From NCBI GenBank assembly GCA_965240325.2, contig OZ251233.1:682001-746000 (forward strand): a DNA stretch of 64,000 nt, read 5' to 3'. A program made the position numbers and the translations under genes. This stretch comes from Rebecca billardiae RCC1528. Taxonomy: Eukaryota > Protista > Haptophyta. How positions within the stretch are numbered: position 1 is the stretch's first letter; every line of letters begins with the position of its first letter. Shown piece after piece: positions 36,119-44,635 of this stretch. Under the pieces are notes generated by a model. It saw only the letters and a program-made list of their open reading frames with translations. It was not told where the DNA came from and made no database searches.

Positions 36119-37462
36119 ATGGCGAGCAGCATGGCCGGCGCAGCGCTCGGGGGCGGCGACAGCGGCGTCGAGCTTGCGCTCCGCAACGGCGACGGCGTTG
36201 AACTGGCCCCGGCCGCGGACGCGTCGACCGATCTGCTCACACTCGCGCGCGAAGGGCGCGCGGGGCTGCGCCCGCGCCCGCCTCTGCTCGCCGCGATCGC
36301 CCTCACGCTCTGGGTGGCGGCCGTCGGGGCCCTCGTGCTGCCGTGGGCGCTCGCGCTCGCGGCGGAACGCGCGCTCTCGCGCGCGCGCGGCGTGCCTTGC
36401 GCGCTGTGTGCCAAGCGTGCCGCGTGGTGGCTCATCGACTTCGTGTGGGACGACGCCATCGTGCTCGCGTGCGCGCTGCTGCCCGCCTCGTACGGCCAGT
36501 GCGTGTGGGCGCTGCCGCCAGCACTCACGCGCGGCGCGTGCGCCGTCACCGTGGACGACGCGCCCGGGCGCGACCCCGAGGCGATGGAGGCGCTGCTTGA
36601 CGTGCTCAGAGCGCACGACGCGCGCGTCACCTTCTTCGTGACGACCGACTACGCCGAGGGCCTCGTCGATGACGCGCACACGGCGCGACTGGCACCCGCC
36701 GAGCACGACGCGCACCGCGAGCGCGTGTGGGCCGCCCTGGTGCGCGCGGTGCGCGAGGGGCACGAGCTGGCGAATCACATGCCCGCGGACATGCCGTACG
36801 CGCGCATGTGCGCACGCGACGAGGCCGCCTTCTGCGCCGAGCTCGAGCGAGCCGAGCGTGTGCTCGAGCGTTGCCGTCGCGAGGCGGCGGCCAGCGCGGC
36901 CCCGGCAGCGGCGGCCCCGGCGACGGCCCTGCCCACGGCGGCCGGGGCTCCCGCGCCGGCAGCTGCGGGCGCGGCGCCGGCGGTAGCACGCTCGGTGCGC
37001 TGGTACCGCCCGCCGAGCGCGGTGCTCTCCACGCGCATGGCGGCGCTCCTCCGCGCACGCGGGTATGCGATAGCCATCTGCGACGCCTATTCGGCAGACC
37101 CCTGGATTGATGGCGGCGCAGCGCCCGCGCCTGCCGTGGTCGAGTTCCACGCCGCGCACCTCGCGCGCCGGCTGCGCGCAGGCTCGATCGCGGTGGTGCA
37201 CACGCCCGAGCGCGCGTGTCGCCGGCAGAGCATCGAGGCGCTGGCAAGGCTACTGCCGCGCCTGCGCGCCAAGGGCCTGCGCGCGCGCACGCTATCGGAG
37301 GTGGCAGCGCCGATGCTGTCGTCGGTGGCCGCCGATGACGGCGTGGCCGCGTCGCGCGACGAGACGAGCAACGCCGCAGCGGATCGTCACCGGGGGGAGG
37401 CCACGTTGGCTGCGAGCCCGGCGGGCTTGTCAGAGACGCCGCGTGCCGGCGGGCGCGTGTGA
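36119..37462 (+). CDS. Membrane-anchored polysaccharide deacetylase (CE4/NodB)
   Basis: N-terminal TM segment. Motifs AVTVDDAPG, RVTFFV, GHELANH, WYRPPS and GSIAVVH. Confidence 0.85.
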   Translation: MASSMAGAALGGGDSGVELALRNGDGVELAPAADASTDLLTLAREGRAGLRPRPPLLAAIALTLWVAAVGALVLPWALALAAERALSRARGVPCALCAKRAAWWLIDFVWDDAIVLACALLPASYGQCVWALPPALTRGACAVTVDDAPGRDPEAMEALLDVLRAHDARVTFFVTTDYAEGLVDDAHTARLAPAEHDAHRERVWAALVRAVREGHELANHMPADMPYARMCARDEAAFCAELERAERVLERCRREAAASAAPAAAAPATALPTAAGAPAPAAAGAAPAVARSVRWYRPPSAVLSTRMAALLRARGYAIAICDAYSADPWIDGGAAPAPAVVEFHAAHLARRLRAGSIAVVHTPERACRRQSIEALARLLPRLRAKGLRARTLSEVAAPMLSSVAADDGVAASRDETSNAAADRHRGEATLAASPAGLSETPRAGGRV

Positions 37463-38079
37463 GCTTTGCGGCCGCGATGCCTCCCGCCTCGCGCTGCTGC
37501 GCAGCAAAGTCCTACGCGCAGCGCCGAACGGTCGACGTCACTAGCTGGCGCAGCAGCACGCATGGTCGACATTGACGATGGCATGCTTCGAAGAACTGGC
37601 TGTCGGTCGGTCGTACTCGTCCCGTCTGGATCGTCGCGCTGGCGTGGCCCGCCGCCCAGCTGCGCGCGCACGGCGCGCTCGGCGGTGGTGCGCGCCCCGG
37701 TATCGAGGGCCCAGGGCCAGAACGTCGCCTTGCTCAGCTGGTGCGTGCTCGCGCCGAGCGCGCTCGCCGACCAGCCGGCGAAGGCACGCGCGTGCGCGCT
37801 GAGGCTGGGTACGGACGACCAGTCCGGGTCGTCGTAGTACGCGTCTCGCAGCGCGCGCAGCGGCGCCCAGCCGAGCACCTTGTCGCCGGAGCTGCTCGAG
37901 TCCTCGCGCGATTTCTTTGCTGTGATTGGCTAAAGCCGTCCTACCCATAATCTCGCCTGCCTGAGACGCGAGCTGTGTGCGTCTCTTATTCTAATATTCT
38001 TATAGTAAACTGTACGTACTGCGGGCGTCAATCTCGCCTGCTGCCTGTGATGAGCTGTGTGCGTCTCTTATTCTTAGTA

Positions 38080-38607
38080 TGGGGGGGGCTGGGTTAGTTT
38101 TGGGGTGGGGTTAGTTTTGGGGTGCCACTGGCCGCCGCACTGGGGTGGCCGCGCGAACTGGGAGAGCATGGCCGCTCCAGCGGCTCGCCATGTCCCACAA
38201 GGCGACGCTGGGCAACGGCTCTGCCCGTCTCGGTGGCATCGCGAGTGCTTCGGCGCGTCGCTTCCGCCTCATCAGGAGTGATTGCGGGGGGATCCCCAGC
38301 CTGGGCAGCACGAGAAGGCGGCTCGCTTCGCCAGCAATGCTGCCCACGAGCTCGCGCCGCGCGTGCGCACGCGCCTCCCGGGTTAGTTTTGGGGTGGGCT
38401 CGTTTGGGGTCATTTTCAAACGCGCCTGGCGCGAGCATGTGCGGCCGCGGCGACCCGGCCCCAGCGGGTGCCTTACCGACACGGGCGTCCTCCGGCTTGT
38501 CCTCGACGGCGAGGGCGAGGGGTGCCCATCTTGCGTCCGTCCAAGCCTCTCCGCGAGGGGTGGTTTTGGCAGTTGAGGGCACCCCAAAACTAACCCAGCC
38601 CCCCCCA
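38080..38607. mobile_element. 528-bp MITE with G-rich TIRs and TA TSD
   Basis: TA|TGGGGGGGGCTGGGTTAGTTTTGGGGTG...CACCCCAAAACTAACCCAGCCCCCCCCA|TA. Removing it restores TTCTTAGTAAACTGT of the host repeat. Confidence 0.88.
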
Positions 38608-38614
38608 TAAACTG

Positions 38615-38698
38615 TCTCTCTTCGGAGAGCGTGCGATGAAGGATGGCGCGGCAACCTGCCACCGTGAGCCTTACGCACGTTAAAACACATAAACTGTA
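38615..38698 (+). repeat. Right-end module of the CAGTTTA MITE family
   Basis: Nearly identical to 49901-49983. Confidence 0.85.
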
Positions 38699-38759
38699 TG
38701 CTCAAAACCGCGCGCTGAAAATAAACTGTGCCCTGGCGGGCGGGGGGGTCGGCGGGCCG

Positions 38760-39460
38760 TGCCAGTGCTGTCGCAATGTATCCTTTGCGGGTTCGCGTCT
38801 TTCCACATTCGCTCGTGGCCGTGGGTGACGGACAGTCGAGTGCAAGGACCAGTGACACGTGAAGTTGGCTCCCCGACGTGTACACACGTCTCAGTCCGTG
38901 TACTCTAGTAGTAGTATGCGCATCAACGAGGCCCACACCCACGAGGGAATGTGCAGCACGCGGGGCGGGGCGGGTAGCCCGTTGCTCCGCGCGAGCGCGG
39001 GTACGCGCTGTATGTGCCGCATGTCGACCGCGATGGCGTAATCGAGCGCCTCGCCGCCGACGAAGCCGCCAGAGTAGATCATGTGCATGTCCTCCTGCCG
39101 CCAGCCGAGAGCGGTCGTCGCGAGGATGCTTGCCGATGTCGGCTCCAGGCATGATGGGCTCGGCGCAGGCCGCGTTGACGTCGTACACGGCCGCCACGCT
39201 GAGCACGAGCGCGTTGACGTTCACGCGGTCGTCGCTCTTCGCATCTTCGACAGGTCTGGCGCTCGCGTGCTCGGCGGCACGAGGAGCTGTTGGTTGTGCG
39301 CGCGCGCGCGCACAGCGACAGCGTGTGCCACTCGCGATCGAGAGTGGGCAAGCGCTGCTCACGCGGGCACACGAATCGCAGCGCATCCGTCACCGGCGTG
39401 ACGACTTCCGCCTCGTCCCGCAGCGTTTGCGCCATGGACGAGGATGGCGCGGCGATGTTG
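38760..39460 (-). pseudogene. Decayed Ulp1/C48 SUMO-protease-like fragment
   Basis: EDMHMIYSGGFVGGEALDYAIAV...PRVLHIPSWVWASL, then after a frameshift ANFTCHWSL...RHP, in the order of C48 motifs. Confidence 0.45.
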
Positions 39461-42163
39461 CATGCTCGACGTTTCATCTCTCTGCGGATGGCATCACGGG
39501 CTTGTCTGTGTCGCGCTGCGGCGAGGGTCGCCAACTCGCGATGACGCGGTTGCTACCACGGCGACAGACCCGGGAGGTGCGTCCGCTGCGCGTCGTACGC
39601 CGTTGGCGCTGCGCTTCCGTCGCATTGGTCACCGTCGACGCCATGCAGGCCGGACGTGGGCTTCGTCTGAGGGACCGGACCGCGAACGAGGACTGAGTCC
39701 GGTGCGCGGATTCCGGCGATCGAGTTCAGCAGGCCGCGCCAAATCTTGCGTCGCGTGCGATGGCGCTTCCCGCCCGCGAGACACCTCGTGATGAGTGCGT
39801 TTCCGCACCGAGCCCGACGCGCGGCGGTGGATCGCGCGAGGCGGCCATCGTGCGCAGCGCCTGATGCTATGGCCTGTGCGAGCGCTCGCCGTGCAAGTCG
39901 GGCGAGGATCGTCCCAGGTCGCACGATCGTGTCGACGCGCCGAGCGTACCTCCAAACGCGTCGACTTTGGCCCCCGTTCGACCTGCACGCGAGACGACGA
40001 GGGCAGCAATCGCGAATCGGGCGAAAACCCGTCTAGGGAATCCTCGCGCGATGTCCGCGCCGGCGTTGGATTTGGCGCGCGCGGCCCACGCGCTCCGCGC
40101 CAGGCGACAGATGGTTTTCGGCCGAGCGTCCCCAGTGGGATCTGCGAGGGCGCCCGGTACAGATGGGATCTGCGAGGGCGCCTTGTAGTGAGCGAGGCGG
40201 TTTTCTTTTCTTTGCGAGGCGATTTTTTCTTTATTACTGTATTGTCTTTTTCTTATTCCGCGGGGGGGGCACGCCCGGATTTAACCGTGCCGCCCCCGCG
40301 GCTTTGTGCAACATCAAGGAGAGTCCGGACGCTTCTCGTCGCCGCCAAGCGCAGGGACCCCTTGCGACGGCCGCGCCGCCGCACCCCAGCGTGCCGACCC
40401 GCGCCTCGTGATAACACGCGCATTTGGCGGGACGTGGGCGGAGCGCGCCGCGCGCGGGCGCGTCGGCCCGTACGCTCGGAGCCCCGGGGGAGTCCACTCC
40501 GAGCGCGCCGCGCCGCGCCCGTCGCGCCGCGCCACGGCGTGCGCCGTGCACGCGTTCAGTGCGGCTCGGGTGCCGCGCGCCGCCGCGGAGCGGAAAGAGA
40601 GCCGGGAGCGGGTGCGCTGGCGCGGGCGGGATGTGGAGGCACGCTACGGGAGTCTACCTCTCGTGCCGCGCGCGCGCGCCCGCTCGGCGCCTTCGCTTGG
40701 CGCGGCCGTAGGCTTCCAAGCGTCGATGGTTGGCCTCGCTGTCGAGGACCGCGCTAAAGGGGGCCGCCTGGGGGCCGATGCGGGTAACGCTTTGACGAGA
40801 CCGAGCATGGTGCCGACGAGACCGAATACGCACCGGCACCGGCCCGCCGCGCGCTGCGGCTGCGCGCCGCGCGCACATCAGGCGGGGCGCGCACGGAGTC
40901 CGCCGCGCGTGGGGGCCTCAGCCAGTACGCTCAGGCCCCCGGGGGAAGCACATGCGACCTCGCCGCGCCGCGCCCGTCGCGCTGCGCCACGGCGTGAGCA
41001 GTGCGTCCCGGTTCGACCCGAGGGTCGCGGCGCGCGCCGCGCCGCGCGCGGGGGGGCGGCTTGTGGAGGCGGGCGGTGACGGCCTGGCTCGTCTGCCGCG
41101 CGCGCGCCGCCCTGCGTTGCGTCCTGAACTCTCCGTGCTCGCAGGGTGCGGATGCTGCACGAGAGCCAGTGCTGTGACTGACTGTGACGGGCTGGGCTGG
41201 GCTGCTAGGCAGCTGCGGGCCTCCCGTGTGGGTTGGATGGATGCCCGCTACGACGCTGGCCGCACGATTGCGTCCTTCTGCGTTGCCTTGCCCTTGGCAG
41301 CTGCGCCACCGTTGTGTGGCATGTGCTGCGGCCAGGTGCTGCGCTCAGGTGGTCGGGCGTCCGCCTGCTCGCGCGAGGCTGGCTCCTCGGGCGGCTGGAT
41401 GACCACAATCGCGGATGGCTTGGTGCGGACGGGGTGGTCTTGGTCCCCTGTCTCATTGCCAGCACGTTGCGGCTGCAGCCGCCGCAGGCGTGTCTGCTTG
41501 ATGGGCTTCGGCCGGCAGCCCGGGCTCCATTACCTCTCACATCTGGGCCTTGGGGTAGTGAGCTGGTGTGTGTCAGGTGTGGCGCCGGGCATCAAGTCTG
41601 AATCGGCAGGGAGGCGGAGGGAGCGCACCACGTTAATTAACGTGCGACTCGTGCGACAGGTGCCTGGTGACGTCTCGCCGTATGGCCACTTTTGGGCCAA
41701 CCGGCCAGTGCACGGCGCTGTTGGCTCGCTCGCACTGCGTCTGCGGCGCCTGGCCGGCACCAGGGCGCGTTCGTAAGATTCGTATAGTTTACCGCGGATC
41801 GTGTCAGACGTCACAGCCGACTGATGCGCGTCAGTCAGGTTAGCCAGCACGAGCACAGCCAGGGGGAAGCTATGCCGGAACCCGAAGTCGTGCTGCACAG
41901 GTGGCGCCACACCGCACACGAGGACTGGCCGGCTGCGGGCTGGTCACTCCGTCACTCGCATGGGCCACACCTCCGACCTCGACTGTCTCCTATGCTGGAA
42001 CCAGAGATCGTCGTCTAGAAGGTGAGGGAACCTTGCGGGATGGTCACGGCGCTGGATGGACAGAGGGAGCGCTGCTGAGTGCTGGCGAGGACATCGTTTG
42101 CGCAGCACGGCCGGACGGCCGCGGACCATTTCTTCTTCACGGTTATCTTTTTCCCGGGCACTA

Positions 42164-42757
42164 CAGGTGGATACGGGCTAACTGGACACAGGGGCTATCT
42201 GGACACTCAGCGGGCGGCGGGCCTCGTGGCGAGGGCTCGTGGGCGAACGAGCACGAGCGCCCACTGGCGGGTCGCCACGACGGCGCACGATGTTCGCTGA
42301 ACTCACCTGGTCGTGAGACGTCGTCTGCGCACGCGCCAGGTCGCGCTTCTCGCCGCCTTCGCCTTGTTTCGTGAGTCCCGCGCACAAGGGCGAACGCCAG
42401 CGTTTCAAGCCGCAAGGCGCGTGCGCGGACTCAGGAAGGGCGGACTCCGAGGCAAGGCGCGGTTGCGCTGGCGTGGGTAGGTCCCAGAGCAACCGTCCGA
42501 GCCGCTGCACACGCTTTTCCTCCGCGCGCGCGTCTCTGAGCTCGATTCCCATGCCTCAGCCAGTGCCAGGGGCTAATTGGACAGTGCCATTGCGGCCGCC
42601 ACGCGCGGAGACGGGCCCGCAGCGCAGAAAGCGCGCTGCGGCGGAACTCCAGGGACCCCCTGAAGTCCGTCCCTGGCGCCCCTTCGACCCCAATGCTCCC
42701 AGGGAGGCCTCCGCGTGAGTTGGGTCGGCCACTGTCCAGATCACCCGTATCCACCTG
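42164..42757. mobile_element. 594-bp Tc1/mariner-like MITE
   Basis: TA|CAGGTGGATACGGGCTAACTGGACA...TGTCCAGATCACCCGTATCCACCTG|TA. Internal GGGGCTA..TGGACA repeats at about 42191 and 42569. Confidence 0.82.
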
Positions 42758-42814
42758 TACAAGGGGCGGACCTACGGCCCGCCATTATGCCGCCGACGAT
42801 AATATGCATGCAGC

Positions 42815-44389
42815 ATGGCCACGGGGATCCTGCATCTCCTTCTCCTGAACGCAGGGGCACTCGAGGAGACAGAGGCGACGGTGATCGCAGCGGATGCGCC
42901 GCATGTCGAGGCGAGTCGCGTGTTGCGTGCCGCGAATTCGAGCGCTCCAGGCGGCGCGGCGGAGGTCGGCGTCGTCCGGCTGCAGACGATGCGCGATGAT
43001 GTGGTCATGCCACAGGTCGCGGTGGGCACGTCACACCTCCAGGAGGACGATCTCCGCGCGGAGATTCGGAGCGCGCTCGCTGTCGGCTTGCGCCACTTCG
43101 ATTTTGCGGAGGTGTACAACAGCCACCGTATCGGTGGTGAGGAGCTCGCACTCGCGGGCGTGCCGCGAGCAGAGCTCTTCGTCACGTCCAAGATTCGTCC
43201 GTGCACCGGGCCGCCCGATGGGTGCACCGAGGAGGCGCTCAACAGGGGCGCGCTTGTGCTGAGGGAGCTCAACATGACCTACGTCGATCTGCTCCTCATT
43301 CACTGGCCACAACAGCAGGTGCGTGCCGCTGCCGCTGCTGGTTTGGTGCGCGAGCGCCCAGAGCTGCCCAGCGAACCCTGCAGCAGCCCACACGCGCCGC
43401 CCATCGCACCTCTCCCCTCCCCCACGCCCTACGCCCTACGCCCCACGCCACAGTCGGTGAGGCGCGCATGCTTCCGGATGCGCGCGCAGTGGGCGGGGCT
43501 GGAGCGCATGTGGCACGCGGGCAAGGCGCGCGCCATCGGCGTGTCCAACTTCTGCCCGCAGCTGATCGAGTGCATCTCGCCCGAGATCGCGATCTCGGTG
43601 CCGTCGTTGTCGCCGCCGCCGCCTCAGGAGGCCACCAGCGCACCCGCCACCGCCCACGTCCCGCCCGCCGTCAACCAGATACGCCTCCACGCGGGGATGG
43701 GCCCCAACCCCGGCGGCATCGCCTCGTACTGCGCCCGCCGGGGGATCGCCCTCGAAGCCTACTCTGCGCTCGGCGGTGCGCAGCGGGGCGAGGTGGGCGT
43801 CAACCTCACGCGCAGCCTCCGCACGAGCCCGGTGCTGCGCGCGATCGGCACTGCGTACGGCCGCTCCGCCGCGGAGGTCGCGCTGCGCTGGGTGCACCAG
43901 CTGGGGCACGCCGTGATCGTGAAGTCGACGAGCGCCCACCACCTCGGGGCAAACGCGAGGATGGCCGCGTGGGCCCTGAGCGACGAGCACATGCGGCAGA
44001 TCAGCGCGATGACGGCGCCACGCGGCGGCAACTACTCGTCGACGTGCAACACGGAGGGCGGCGTCTTTTACTGGAAGGGCGACAAGCCGTCGTCTCGCGT
44101 GGGGGCTGGTCGTGCGAGGCGTGGGCGCTGGCGCCCCACAGTGGCAGCACGCGATGGCGCAGGACTGTCGACGAGCAAGCAGCCGCCGACCGGCATCAAT
44201 CTGCATCCGATGGATGAAGCGCCGGTGGCCGGACGCACTGCGCTGTGGGGCGGAGCAAGCACGCATGCTTCGACGACGGTGGCAGCCACAGTGGCCAGGG
44301 CCAGCGCCGGTGGCAGCGGCCGCATCGTCGCGGGAAAGGTTAAGCATCAGCAGCAGCAGGTTCAGACGCTCAAAGCCAAAGCCAAATAA
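42815..44389 (+). CDS. Aldo-keto reductase with N-terminal signal-like peptide
   Basis: RHFDFAEVY, LFVTSK, YVDLLLIHWP, KARAIGVSNF, PAVNQI and AEVALRW. Probable in-frame intron 43319..43453. Confidence 0.88.
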   Translation: MATGILHLLLLNAGALEETEATVIAADAPHVEASRVLRAANSSAPGGAAEVGVVRLQTMRDDVVMPQVAVGTSHLQEDDLRAEIRSALAVGLRHFDFAEVYNSHRIGGEELALAGVPRAELFVTSKIRPCTGPPDGCTEEALNRGALVLRELNMTYVDLLLIHWPQQQVRAAAAAGLVRERPELPSEPCSSPHAPPIAPLPSPTPYALRPTPQSVRRACFRMRAQWAGLERMWHAGKARAIGVSNFCPQLIECISPEIAISVPSLSPPPPQEATSAPATAHVPPAVNQIRLHAGMGPNPGGIASYCARRGIALEAYSALGGAQRGEVGVNLTRSLRTSPVLRAIGTAYGRSAAEVALRWVHQLGHAVIVKSTSAHHLGANARMAAWALSDEHMRQISAMTAPRGGNYSSTCNTEGGVFYWKGDKPSSRVGAGRARRGRWRPTVAARDGAGLSTSKQPPTGINLHPMDEAPVAGRTALWGGASTHASTTVAATVARASAGGSGRIVAGKVKHQQQQVQTLKAKAK

Positions 44390-44635
44390 GGTGTCAGACT
44401 GTCAGAGAGCCAGTAATACTGCGCTGCCCTGCCCAGCCAGGGGAGTCCCCTCACTGTCAATGGGGTTCAATCCCTTCAATCAACAATCTGGTCCCCTTGC
44501 CCCCGCCAAGGGAGAGCCTTGCCCCCGCCGTGTCATCCGATCCGATCATCCCCGGGCGGCCGGCGCGGCGGGGCGGCGGGCGGCCGGGCGCCGGGCTGGG
44601 GAGAACAGATCCCCCCTTGGCAGGAGGGGCCCCAC

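Noticed and set aside
38090-38125. Interstitial telomere
   Set aside because: No tandem TTAGGG array; the motif belongs to MITE TIRs.
38628-38682. SECIS-like ATGA..AA..GA stem
   Set aside because: Helix II pairs poorly, the sequence is within a repeat, and no upstream in-frame TGA selenoprotein was found.
39000-39130. GGFVGGE read as a 2OG-Fe(II)/TET-JBP motif
   Set aside because: No properly placed HxD and distal H. The flanking motifs fit a C48 protease better.
41400-42160. Possible retrotransposon pol remnant (CVRCGAGH, GEDIV)
   Set aside because: No YxDD, RNase H or integrase motifs, and no LTRs recognisable.
44490-44635. Short inverted match CCAAGGG/CCCTTGG upstream of the R3H gene
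   Set aside because: Too short and no TSD; cannot be called an element.
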